From the NCBI GenBank assembly GCA_973895155.1, contig OZ316899.1, positions 11,399,675 through 11,463,674 of the forward strand: a DNA stretch of 64,000 nucleotides, in the 5' to 3' direction. Origin of the DNA: Marsupella aquatica (Eukaryota; Plantae; Marchantiophyta). Position numbers and translations under genes: made by a program. This document shows, piece after piece, positions 1-12,617 of the stretch (its first letter is position 1; every line of letters begins with the position of its first letter). The notes beneath the pieces are model-generated. The model did not search any database. It had not been told where the DNA came from and was given only the letters and a program-made list of their open reading frames with translations.

Positions 1-2419
1 AAAGTAATACAAGATCTCCTGTGTGAATACTAACTGGTTTCAACTTTCTATCATATTGTTGCTTCATGGTATTCTGTCTATATTCTACTCTCTCGGTTGA
101 AATCATTCTTGCCTCTTCTAAGGCCTCTAATCTATATTCTCGCTCCTTTAGGCTTTCCTCCTCTGAGACTCTCTCCTCAATTGTAACTTGAAATGTAGGA
201 ATCTCAAGTTGCATGGGTACCAGAGCTTCCTGTCCAAAGGTTATGAAAAAGGGTAGTGGATTTATAGGCTAAATTGTAAGCAAAAACAGCAGCAAACAAT
301 TTATCATCCCAATCGAGTTTGTTTGAGGCTACAGTCTTGTTTAATATTTTTCCTATAATTCCATTGGCTCGTTCTGTCAACCCATTTGCCTTTGTGTGGT
401 AAGGAGTAGTAGGCCTATGTCTAACTAAATACTGCTCATTTAAACGACTGATTATATCATTCAGAAAATGGGTTCCTCTATCACTAACTAATTCTAGGGG
501 TGCGCCATACCTGGTGAAGATCCGCTCATACATGAATTGAGCCGTAGTGATTGCATCATCCTTTGTTGTCGGCCTGGCCTCAACCCACTTAGTTGCATAA
601 TCCGTGGCCAGGATTATGTACTTGTTTCTCCAAGGATGGGTCAATGGTTTCAGAGGTCCGATGTGATCAATACCCCACTTCTCAAATGGTGCCAAAGGTA
701 AAATAGGGTGCAGTGGATGTCTTGTGGAAGCTCTTGGTCCTCCCGCTTGCTCACAAGGATCACATTGTTTGATAAACTGATAGACATCCTTGTTCAAGGT
801 GGGCCACCAGTAAAACCAGCATTTAATATCTTTTTAGACGTGGTTATTGAAGCAAAATGTCCTCCTGCCTCCTCTCCGTGCATAGCCCGTAAGACTCATT
901 TTACCTCTCCCTTCTCCAAACACCTTTGAATTGTGCCGCTGATTCCATACTTGTGTAGCATGCCCTTAATGCACTGATACTGCCCGACCTTCCGCTGAAA
1001 GACTGCGACTTGTTCTCGGCTTAGTCCTGGCTATAATCTAGAGGTGCTGAGAAATTGGAAAATCTCAGGGTACCATGTATTAGTTAATTCCACAACAAAT
1101 AGCTCCTTGTCGGGAAATCGATCATCGATGCAATCCGTGGCAGGTTCACCCGTGATCCTTGAAAAGAAGTCGGCATTGGCGTGTAGCCTCCCCGACTTGA
1201 TTTTTAGCTCGTAGTCAAAATCTTGTAATAGCAATATCCATCTTGCTACCCTGCCTGTAAGGTCCGGCTTATTTACTAAGTACTTCAAACTTTCATGATC
1301 ACTATGAAAGATTACTTTGTACCCTAGCAAATAATGCCTAAACTTTTTACATGAATAAATGACTCCTAATGCTTCTCTTTCTGTGGTGGAGTAGTTTTGT
1401 TAGGCATCGGCAAGCTGGTGGCTTGCAAAGTATATAGGATGGCCCCTTCCTTGCTCATCCAATTGGCTTAGTACTAAGCCAATACAGAAGCCTGAGACAT
1501 CTACAAAGACATGAAGATCCTTGTTCCAGTCTGGTGCTATCATGATTGGGGCCTCCACTAACATTTGCTTTAATTCCACCACCACTGTTACTCGTTCTGG
1601 TGTGGGTTTGAAGTCTGCGCCTGCCTTGAGCATGTTGGTTAATGGTAAGGCTAGCTTGGCAAAATCCTTGATGAACCGGCGATAATAGCCAATGCACCCC
1701 AAGAAGGATCTCACATCCTTTATGTTCTTAGGTTGCATGATATCTAGCCATACTACTAGCTTACCCTTGTCAATCTCAATGCCCTTCTTTGATACCTTGT
1801 GACCTAGCAGCACACCTTCTGTAACTCCAAAGAAACATTTATCTGGGTGTAACTTGAGACCTACCTCTCTGCATCTCATGAAGGTCTTCCCGAGGTATTT
1901 AGCATGTTTTGATGCCTTCCCAAATACTGCAAAGTCATCAATGAAGATTTCCATGAACTTTCTCAAGTAGTCATGGAAAATGTTCACCATTAATTGTTGG
2001 AACATAGTTGGTGCGTTATAGAGTCCAAACGGCATACGATTGAAGACATAGATCCCCCATTCCGTGATGAAGGATGTCTTGATTTGGTCCTCCTTCAGGT
2101 CTTGGTGGCTCCATGCAAACACATCCTAAAATTCAATCAGTAATTCACTAATCTCCTTCTCCAGGTTAGGTGCTAGGTCCCGCCCTAAGTTTAGTTCCCT
2201 TCCTTCTCCTAAGTCAAGCTTTCGATCATATCAATTTGCTTCTTCAAATTTGGGTCCAGCTCAACTTCTAGCCTCTCTAGTCTCATACATTCATAAATTG
2301 GAATCTCGGCTGTACTAGTCAAGTCGGTTGACTTGATTTCTCCCTTGTTATCCGCAGACTGTTCCCTTGCCAGTCTATTTGGTGTTGAATTGATGGTCGG
2401 CTCCCCTTCCTGACTCGGC
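1..2419 (-). pseudogene. Ty3/Gypsy pol remnant (partial RT, RNase H, integrase) of family A; runs off the left edge
   Basis: RT motifs MPFGL and FIDD (1400-2122, N-terminal RT deleted); RNase H VFVDVS...SDHESL; integrase KWGID..G, SDRGTHF, NGLTER (204-797); RT-RH-INT order is Gypsy; several stops. Inverted homolog at 59845-61255. Confidence 0.92.
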
Positions 2420-2424
2420 TCTGG

Positions 2425-5363
2425 TGTGGTGCGTCCCATGGCTCCCTAAACCCAAGAAACCCCTCTGCACAAGCCGATTCCCGTAGGTTTTGCTCTTGGC
2501 GAGGCCAATTTCGCGGCTTAGCGGCATGGGACGCTGCTAACTTCCTTCTACTACTATTACTATTAACATTTTACTCACATATACTGGACAGATCCTTCAT
2601 CGGGTCATGAGATACGTAGCCGGCCTATTCTAGGCCTTCCCTTGTCCTCCTCTCTTGGTTTTCCTTTAGGTATGTTTGGATTCCGCCGCCGGAATGATCC
2701 CCAACTGGCTTGGGTAAGCCGCTAAGACCTCTCTTAGCTCGACACATCCAACTCTTACTACCTTGCTTACTCCCTTCTTGGTTGATGTGGGCAATCTTCA
2801 AATAGGTTAATGCAACACACAAATAGCAAAATGACTCCTTCTGACTGAGTTATACCATGCACTTGCCATACAAACAGTACTTCTCATATACAAGATCTGC
2901 GAACTAAGCCGTGAGGCCAACTCTATTCATCTCTTAGGCATGAGGAAACATGACTATACACAAGGGTCACAGTATAACTAACCGAGAGTTTCTTTAACTA
3001 CTTGATCCCAGCCCTACTGGTGCACTAAAAACTTGCTAAGGAAGAAGGCCCTGAACTCCCCGTTGCCCAGGTACTTATCTTGGCAGTGGATCCGCCTAAT
3101 CCTTGCAGTGTAAGCCTAATCTACCTAACTGTAATCTACCTATGTACAGCGAGGTAGGAGCACAAGTGTTGCTCTCACCAGTGGATCCACAATCCCACTA
3201 AGCTAAGTGTTAGGGCCGCCTCTTGGTCCTGATCCTAATGCTGAACTTGGAGATCTGAGCCCGCGCTGCCCACTCACGCCTCCTCCCTCCATGTCCGCCC
3301 TCCTTAAAAGGAGCGGCCCTCCACCACCATCATGGCAGCGGTGTCTGGTCCTCAATGGACGCCCCCAACATTTTCTCCGTAACCACTACCGTAGGTCCGT
3401 TCTCTGACAGATTACCTGCTTTGGACCGAGTCAACTCTCCATCGGCCTGACTGGGTCCACCCTCGGCTTTGGCCTCAGCATCGGCCACGGCCTCTGATAC
3501 GGCTACGGCCTCCCCGACATGCTCTAGTGGTGGATCCGGTACCCTGGCTTCATCACCGAGTATCCTGGCCTCGGCTTTGCCATCCCCGCCTTCTAGGGCA
3601 GTTGGATCCTCTACCATGACCCTGCCTGAGGTTGGTGTTGGGTTTACCTCCTTGGTCATGACGGCTTGAGGAGCCTATTACTCCTTGACCCAGAAGGTTT
3701 CCGCTTCTTCTTCTTCCTTGGTTCGGCAGCTGGCCCCTTCCCCTTGGCACTTACCTCCGGCACCGGTGCAAGTGTCTCGGCTTGTCCTTCGGCCAGTACT
3801 ACTCCTAGCAACTTGGTTGCCCCTATTGGAGTTGGACTTGAGGAAGCTAAGCACTTAAATACTGCGGCCTGTTTCTTCAGCCGCTCCGTTTGGTTGTCGG
3901 CTTGCCGCTGTAAGTTCTCCATCTTCCGCGTGCTTTCCTCTAACTCCTCCTGCAATTCATCCAGGTCCTTGTGCGCCTCCTCCCTCTCCTTCTGGGCTTC
4001 CTCCGCCAGATAGACCTGTGCCTTGCCGATCTCTCCCCTCGGCAAGTTGCAATGCATGGTCACCCGCAAGAAATTGATCATTTCTCCTATGTGCGGGTTT
4101 GTGCAGGTGTTTCGGAAGAAGCCATTCTTTGTTGATGGCCCTGGGAACGACCGGAACTCCTTGTCTGGCAAGGTCTTCCTGGTATCTACTTTGGTCTTAT
4201 TGCCCATCGGCAAGCCAAACACTTTGGCAATCACACGGGGAGTGAGATAGAAATCCTTCCCATACACCCTTGTGGAATTGGTCTCGGGCTCCCATGATCC
4301 CACGGATTCTAGTAAGTCTGAATCCGGCACCTCCGACTTCAGCCATGGTAACTTTACGAAGGCTTCCAAGCCGGATCCGGCCATGAAGCCCTGCTATTTC
4401 CGAGTCTGGATAGCCGTAAAGCATGCATCCTCTTCTCGTGCAAAGTGTAATTGCACCTCCTCGGAGAGGGTCGCCACCCAGCCTTTCCAGGTGTCATCTC
4501 TTGTTGGAACGGCATTGATGGGGTCGACCTCCTCCTCTTCGGCTTCCGCCTGCCTCCTGCTGGTTTCCTGGGTGGCGCCGACCTCGTTCTTTTTGCAGGG
4601 GTGGCTTCTTTGTTGTTGTTCCCTTTCCTCTTCATAGCGGCTGCCGTGGATGTTTCTCCTAGCACGGTTGCCTTTGTCCACCCCTCCGTTCTACCCTTCA
4701 ACTCCCAGTGTATGTTGTTGCAGCGGTTGATGGCCTCCCGGATGCCGACTATTTTGTTCTTACAAAATAGAAGATCGTTGAGTTTGTCGGCAGTAGGTGT
4801 CCACAAGAATTCAGCCGTAATGAGTTCTCCTCCTAAGAAGGCAGACTTCTGCAGCTCCCACAGCCGAGCGAGCTCCTGCCGTTCTCGAGCCGCTCTCTCC
4901 GATTCTTCATCCTCGTAGGTCCCAATGTACTCAGTTGCCCGTTCTAACAGGCATCCCCAAAATAAGTAGCTTGATTGACGTTACTCATACCCTTCTTGAG
5001 TTGATTGTTGGTATCTACTTCCACCCCGAGTGCTTGCCTGAGCAACGGATAGTAGTTGGCCTCCCGTAGTCGTCCGCTTGGCTCGTGCTTGCAAATGAGC
5101 CGCCATTCCTTGCGATCGGTCCTTACCCCCCCTGGCTGGTCTTCCTTCCCGTTGGTTACCCATAGCCGCCGGCACTTAGCACGCCCTAACCCTAATCATG
5201 TTCCCTGCCCTGGCGTCCTTACTTTCGGCCTTGGCTCGAGTTCCATAGTCACCCTTAGTTGTTTATATTTTCCCTGTTTTTGTTACTATACTAAGGTGTT
5301 TCTAGGGTACACTCCTGATTTTACTATTTAAATTGGCCTAATGATTCCTGGCTAGGCATCACA
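2425..5363 (-). mobile_element. Solo LTR, Gypsy family A, internally deleted (2939 bp)
   Basis: TG...CA termini; 5-bp TSD TCTGG at 2420-2424 and 5364-5368; same ends as the 49251-53916 copy; about 1.7 kb missing near 4005, fusing AQVYLAE to the coiled-coil ORF. Confidence 0.93.
3330..5250 (-). pseudogene. LTR-encoded ORF-A/ORF-B deletion fusion (family A)
   Basis: ORF pieces 4354-4806, 4394-4681, 3656-4384 and 3330-3659 match the proteins at 49366-53010; stops and frameshifts. Confidence 0.8.
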
Positions 5364-5368
5364 TCTGG

Positions 5369-5708
5369 ATTGTTTATGTGTATCTCATCCATTCCTGCTT
5401 CTTGCGGGCCAGGCCGCTGTGCTCTTCCGGCTTCTAGTAGGGCCTCAATTTGTTCTGCCCTCATGATCGGCTTGTAAGCCGATCCCTTGGTATTTAATTT
5501 GTTGCCAATGATAGACGGCGTTGTGGATCTTGTCGGCTCTGCCACAATGCCCGAGGAAAATCCACTGTCCTTGATGGAGCTCCCCACTTAGCCGTTTCAT
5601 CCAACTGGTCTACCTCTTGTGCTTCCTTCGGAATTGAAGCTAGAAAGGTGGACTCTATGGCAAAGCAATCATTGGTCTCTTCTTTGCATTCTTCCAAGTC
5701 ACTCTCCA
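5369..5708 (-). pseudogene. Family A internal region upstream of RT, joined by deletion to the 5' LTR
   Basis: Reading ...EIHINNP continues as PEPSQEG across the solo-LTR insertion; near 5708 it switches abruptly into LTR sequence, so the LTR 3' end, PBS, gag and PR are lost. Confidence 0.6.
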
Positions 5709-7139
5709 TAGGTCCTCTACCTCGGCTACCTTCTCCCTAAGCCGTCGGATGACCTCGTCCTTCTTTCTTCTCTCCAAAGCCACCGCTTCTTCCAATCGGC
5801 GTTTCTCCAACATCTCCCTTTGGAAAAAGGGTCCCTGCTCCAACTCCTCCCCAAAGATGCTAAGCGCAAGTTTGCCACACATCTCCCCGTACTCCATGGC
5901 TCTTTCTTTAGCATAGGTGGAGTGAGTAGAAGTCATCGGCATCAACCACCGCGGCCTTTGTTCCCAAGCCGCCTTTCGTATTTCTTCTATCATGGCTGGA
6001 GGGCTGCCCCGTCTTTCTACAAGCTGCCGGATGTCCTCTGGCCATTCTCCCCTAGGTAAATCCTTCTCTCTAGCCAGGGCTGCCTCCTCTTCTTCCCTGA
6101 GTTGCTTCTGAAACTCCTGTGTCGTCTATTTTATTTTGTCAAAGCTTGGGGGGGGCGACATCTGGTGGGGGAGACTCGGGGCTGTTTTTCTGGGTGGGGT
6201 CCCCTCAAACTACTCTTGGAAGCGTGGGGATGAACCGGCCACAGGTCCTTACTCCTGGAACATGATGGTCCGACCCGTAGCCGGAGTTATCATTGCCATA
6301 GTCCTCCACCGCCTCCTCCGCGGCTTGGACTACCGGCTCCCCCTATTGCTCCCCTGGGTAATTGTAATGTGCGAGCAAACAGTAGAATTTTTGCTCGCAC
6401 GGGCAAGATTTCACCTTGTGTTGGGGCCCAAAAAAGGTCTGGAATATTCCTTGCTAGCATGGAGACCCTGTTCGATCAGTAAATATTGACGGCTACCCAT
6501 GGACGATTCTAGTCCCATGAACACACTAGATCCATTTCCGACCAATCAAAATGACATTTCTTCAGGCCAGCGAACCCTTTCTTCAGGCCATCGAAATTGC
6601 TAGACTAATGACGCCAACACATTGAGCCACTCAAACGAGGTACGGTCTCCACGTACAGGCTTCCACATGTGAAAATTCCCACCCGAGGAAGAGTAATAAC
6701 AAAAAAGTACTATGCAATTCCCGCGTGAAAAGAATCAACGTCTCATTACTGTCAAGGAAAGGAGGATTAAGGTCGTTTGGACACTAATTAAGTCACTTGC
6801 AAGTGAACTGGACACTTACCGTTCAAACCAGAGGCAAATCCAAGGCGGCGAACCATCCACTTAAACAAAGCCGCTCACCCAAAAACCACCAGTCTTCCAA
6901 ATCATTCTTCCGATCACTTCCACCGCGTCCGACTCGAGCTCTTTCATTCGGAACTGCTATCAGTGTTCCAAGTAGTCAAGATCCAGATCAGGTTAGCGTG
7001 GGTCTATGGTTCTGAGATGTTTTCAGTGAATCACTCTCCGACAGGACATGACATTCATCGTATTTCATCGTGAATAGTATTTCCATTTGTTGAATACCGT
7101 TCTTCTAAATCACTATTTGGGTTTCGTAAGTGCAGAGAA

Positions 7140-7568
7140 ATGTCAGGGGTTCCAAGCAATCCTCCTCAGGGGAAATGGCGACTTGAGATCCATCGTTACA
7201 ACCCGGCGACGGATGGCCTGCTAGAAGATGACTCTCCTCCGAAGCAGAAACCCAATGCAGAGACTGTGAAGGTCTCCGCAGACAGCAGTGTCCCAATTGC
7301 ACTCGGTCAATCTGTTGGATCGTCATCATCATTGAGGAGAACACCAACTCCTCCAAAGTTAATCCAAGTAGCAAAGTCTCCATCGAAGCTAAAGGTGGAT
7401 ACCACACAGCGCGAGGTTGTATCAAAGAGGAAGAGGCTCGCAGAAGAGGAGTAGTATTGGATTGAGAGGGAGATCTATGACTACTGGACCGAGGAACGCC
7501 TCGCCTCTTCGGATTACAATTCTGAGTCAGACACTGACTCCGATGCATGGAAGGCGGCCAGCCCCTGA
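7140..7568 (+). CDS. Small accessory ORF of the MULE (about 142 codons, one internal TAG at 7452-7454), unknown function
   Basis: ATG follows a plausible 5'-UTR intron (CAG|GTTAGC at 6991 ... GTGCAG| at 7135); frame stays open past the TAG to TGA at 7568; basic patch SKRKR and acidic tail. Confidence 0.45.
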
Positions 7569-8225
7569 GGGGAGAGTCAGGTTGTGGGTTTACTAAACGT
7601 AGTTACAAGCGAATGACATGTCCTCATGTACTTTCAATATGTATGAGAAGTAAAGTTTGGGTGTTCCTGTCCTTTCTATGCGTTGCTCTGGAATGTCATT
7701 TTGTACATAGTACGTTTATTTGAGAGTCACAGTTGGACCCTTCCCAGACTAGCGATATCGCTAGTATAGAACTGCCTCTACATTTCAGATCAATCTTCGA
7801 TGTGTTCATCTTAGATAATCAATTCGACAGAGTATTACCACAACAACTTCAGGGAACACTTCCCTCCCAAGAATACATCCTGTCACTCTACAGTAATCTT
7901 TATTGCATCCTAAATTCCGTTGATCAGACTAGCGATCTCGCTAGAAAAAAATTGGTGTCATTTTAATGATCAAACCTTGAACTCTATACATACTTGTCGA
8001 TAGGTTAACACGGCTGGAAGTCGGATGTTTCTGTCTGGATGTATCAGACTTCCTAAGACTAGAGAGATCGCTAGCCATAAAAAACAAACTCAAACACCAT
8101 AAACGTTACCATTATGAACCTCGCTAACATTATGATTCACTCGGTGAAAACATATTGATATTTGTGAAACCACAAACTCGAGTAATCCATCCCACCACCC
8201 TATAATTAGCATCACCAATAAACGA

Positions 8226-11200
8226 CTAGTCCCCTATCTGTAACGGAATTAAACTCCTCACTTCCCCAACAGTCAGAATTGGCTGTTTTCCAAGGTCGTC
8301 CTTCTCCAGGATGAGTGAAAACTTGTTTAAATACACCCACAGAAGATGTTTACAAGACATGTATGGTTTCCCTCGTGTATGCCTCTTATGAAAGTCTTCA
8401 CAAGAACACGAAGGGAAACAACAGATTTGCACCCAATATGTGTGCGGAACTTGTGAATCAGTCTCGTGAGTGGTGATCAAGTATCTCCAACCCCATCCAT
8501 TTCCGGTAGTTACCTTCTCATTTCCGACAACTCTCATGTATTCTTGTGTAGCGGAAACGATGCGCTTGAGCAACTCTGGAGTATTGCTGAAACGCTGTCG
8601 TGCACCCTTACCATTTCGGGTTTTCAACCGACGGTCCACATTAGTTAGATCGATTCGTTCGGGGAATGAGTTAACATCAATTTGTAGGTTGACCCGATTG
8701 GGGGACGGGAACTCTCCAACTTGATTTGCATCCACATAGGAGAGTCCACTGATATGGAATCCTAATCCCAGCAGAAACTCTATCTCGGGATGGGAGAGGC
8801 AAGTCCCACGCTGAACCTTGAGCGACTCGGGTGGGGGGGGGTAAGTTGAGCTAGAGTTCTGCGTCCTCGGCTCTTGTGACACTTATTGTTAGGACAGAAG
8901 TACAACAACTGGCGATGTGGAGACGATAATCGCAACCCGTGAATGGCGACTCCAACAATTCCCCCTTGCGCAGACTTACATCTAGTCTCCTTGATGAGAT
9001 TTCTACATTCATCTCTTCCAAAAACGCTTCGGTCAACCGACCCGTTGCAAACAGGTCCAACACCTCTACCGCTCCGCCTGAGATGCCAGGTCCCATAAGG
9101 AACATCAACCTCTCGGATGGAAGGGATCCTTTGGGGGGCATCCCGATGGTCATCCCCGACATCACACGAAGGTTAAGTCCCCATCTTCTCGGTATCATTG
9201 ACATTACGACTTGCATCATCACCATCATCATCTGAAATATGGATAACTCCAGCAGAACAACCTCCGACAGGGGTTGCCGAAGTTGTATTATTTGCTATTT
9301 CTGGGTCCACAAAAGTCTCCAAAACATTGACGAAGCGAAATTCAGGATAGAGATTACGCCTTTTTAGTCCTGAAGGAGAAGCTATTGTGCGTGACACCTT
9401 GTCATGTCTGTGGGAGTCATTCTCGTGGATTACAGCTAAAGCTTTCCCTTTCCTCTTCGTGGATGTTGTTCGGAGATCGCCATGTAATGGAATTGTTCTA
9501 TAGAATTCATACTTAGCTGAAGACTCAAGCAAAAGATTTGCTGCCTTTTCGTAAGCATCCATGGATCCCATAGCATCGGCGTTCCTATATGCTAATTCAA
9601 AAATGGTCGGCCCCTGGCCTCTGTGAACACCTTCACTGTAGGCAGTAAAAGCAGCAATTTGCCCCGCAGCACGATTCTGGTCCACCTCACATGCTTCAAT
9701 CAATCCCACTAATTTCTTCATTTGGCAGGATCTCATGGATGCATGGACTGATTTCGCTCCAGTACAATTTGGCATCAAGGCTGACTCCATTGCGGTTTGC
9801 ATCTGCAAAAAAGTAGTCCACAGTCAGACCTCATATGCTAGCAAGGTCGCTAGCAAAAACAATGACGTCAAATAGAAATGAAATTGGACACTTACAACGC
9901 GGATGAAGTTCCCCCACTGCCTCCACCTCATGACCCACCAAGATAACCATCCTTGGAGAGATTTCAATTTCCTAGCATAGCAGTTTCCTTCCTTCCACCA
10001 ACGATGGATTTCGCCAGCAACACGGTAGGCCTGAACATATGTTGGTGCTGTTCTCAGCCTTTCCCACAGTTTATAGTGCTCTCGATGGCGATCTTCCCGA
10101 ATACCCTCCAATGTGTGACGACAAAGAGATTGAGCAAAGTGAAAGGCGTCACTGTGCTCCTTCTGTGGGTGACGGACACCTCCAAAAAAAACATTCCGAA
10201 TGGCGATCCATCCAGCCTCGGCATTATCGGCAATAAATCCTCCAATGAGTGGGTCATGCACGTCATGATCAGAGGCAACTTCAATCATATATCTCCATGC
10301 GGTTTCAAGAGATAAGGAGTCCTCCGCACGGAGCTCACAAGTGAAGATGGTACAAAGGGACCTGTAATTATGGTCGTACACATGGGCGTTGAAAGTCAGC
10401 CACCCAGTGCTTATTCTCCGCATTACATCAGAACTGACCCATGCTCCTTCCAGCTCACCTCCACTCTTCATCTGCTTGAGAATATCGACACCAGAACCTG
10501 GGCCATTTGTACTCATTTTGAAGACATGAGCCCTATCGGTCTTGCTCCCCTGGCCAGGGAAAAGGTACCTCTGAACGTAAGGAAAATTATTCCGTGCTTG
10601 CATCTCACAAAGAGAATCCAACTCACCTTTTTTTGGGTTATCCATTTTCATGCTCCGGAATATGGCCTGGAATTTCTCAACAGTGGACACAACCTTCATC
10701 GATTCCCATATCTCTCTCTCTTCTTCTTTTGATAGTTCTGAAGAAGACTCTGGATGCAAAAGAGAAACCAGGTTTCCTATAGACTTGTTAAGAACACGCC
10801 CTGGCGTACACATGGGATTCGCTTTATGAACACCAGAAACTATCACCTCCTCCTGCTTTTTTGCCAATCGAGATTTCCCTTTCCAAACAACGTGGTCATG
10901 GAAACCCATGTGAATAGCCAATCGAGACAAATGTTTCGCAACATTTGACTCAAGAGACGGCTTAGGATAGACGTACAAAAGTTTAGCCGGACATTCACGG
11001 ATGCAGAGAGGCCTCTCCTCATAGAATCCGCACACCAACCCTCCTTCCTCCACAAGCTCACCAAGATGAAACGGCTCAGTAAATTGTCCCTTTCCTCGGA
11101 AGGAAGAGTCATTTTTTGAACCGGTGTGCTTCAACTTTCTACAGACCAGATTTTGACATTCAAGTACACCAGCACATCTGACTTTTGACACAGACCAGTG

Positions 11201-11941
11201 ATTGTGAGGTTTGAGATTAGCTGAAGTTGTGAGAAGTCTTGTCCATGGGTAGCTGTCATTATCCCTATCCATGTCTTGAAGACCATATCCTCGACGAAAT
11301 TGACCTTCGACCGGAGGAAGCTCAAAAACGCAGTTTCCATTGTATGAAGTGGGCAAAGTCTGCACTTGAATCTCCTTCCAATCGTTTCCCCTGCGAAAAT
11401 TTGCCAACTCGCTTGACCCAGTAATATTGAGGAAGGCATCATATGCACTAACTCAATAAAGAACTGGTTGAGATTGAAACTTGTATTGACTCACTGCTTC
11501 AAAAACGGCTTTCTCAGAAGACTTTGTCGACATAGAAGAGAGATCCTGACCCACACTCTCAGGGGAGATGTCGATAATATCTGGTACTGTCGGTGACGGG
11601 CGAGTCGGGGATTCTGGATCGGAAACATTGATATGTGCAATGTCATCCTTACATGAGACTAGCTCCACAGCTGAACCACACTTCAGGTCCCAAGCTCTCT
11701 CTGGCAATATTTCTGAACCATTATCCGACACCTCGTGACTTTTGGATCCATTCCGAGAGTAAAGGACGAACAACTTCCAGATGAAATCATCTTTCAAAAG
11801 CCCAAACCTTGACGAGAGAAAAGACTCCTTGACAGAGATAATAGTATTCTCCGGAACATCCAGAACAACAACATCACCCGTAGTCTTTCTCTCGATCACA
11901 ACCTTCGATCCCAATGAAGACATGCTGACAGTTTTGGACAT
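8226..11941 (-). pseudogene. MULE-family DDE transposase with N-terminal Cys/His zinc finger and C-terminal SWIM domain
   Basis: Exon 11941-9896 (one in-frame TGA at 11453-11455), GT-AG intron 9895-9803, exon from 9802 with two frameshifts near 9190 and 8860. Motifs: CAGVLECQNLVC...HMGFHDH; WVSSD; FIADNAEAGWIAIRNVF; DAFHFAQSL; TAMES; SWIM CSCEDF...CKH. Confidence 0.82.
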
Positions 11942-12617
11942 TACAGTCTACAACAATCCTCAAATGTGAGATACTTCGCTCTCTTCTTTCTCCAAATACA
12001 TATGAGGAAACGTGCTTGTGTAGGTGTTGGACTCAACATATTTATTTAATAAATGCCTCTTATTCCCGTTATCTGACCGTTATTTTGTCTTATATGACAC
12101 TATTTACGGAATGATAAAGCTAGCGAGATCGCTAGCTCAATGATCTAAGTAAAATGGTTCAAAACCTTACAAAACACCCTTCACTAGTTCATAGATTTAG
12201 TGATCAATTTTTGGCTAGCGATGTCGCTAGCAAAAGTAGTTTCTCATAAGAGACCATTATGACCGTTTATATTCGTTGGAATTTGTCAACGGGTACCTAT
12301 ATGTCAACGGTACGGTACATTACCGGACACCTGTCTCTTTGTCATTAGATACTTTTCTTTCAGTCGTGAGTTTGGTGGTTCGTATTTCCGGAAGTACATG
12401 TATACCTGACGGTGTCTGAAAAATGATTGCGAGGAGAGTCGTACAGAATATCTGTATCTCTTTTCACGACCGGGCGCTGCATTCAGGTGAAAGCAACAGA
12501 CGAGGGTACGATTATGTCTTTGACTGGAAGATCGATTCTCGGGTTTCTTTATGTTCGCAAAGCGTGTCGCCCTCCACCTTGACCTGTTCATACCCTTATC
12601 ACTTCACGGACCCGTTG
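11942..12617. promoter_or_regulatory. Probable bidirectional promoter of the MULE
   Basis: AT-rich spacer between head-to-head genes; contains two palindrome copies. Confidence 0.55.

Noticed and set aside
7749-8074. CRISPR-like array of palindromic repeats
   Set aside because: Spacing is irregular (130 bp to kb), the context is eukaryotic with introns, and there are no cas genes.
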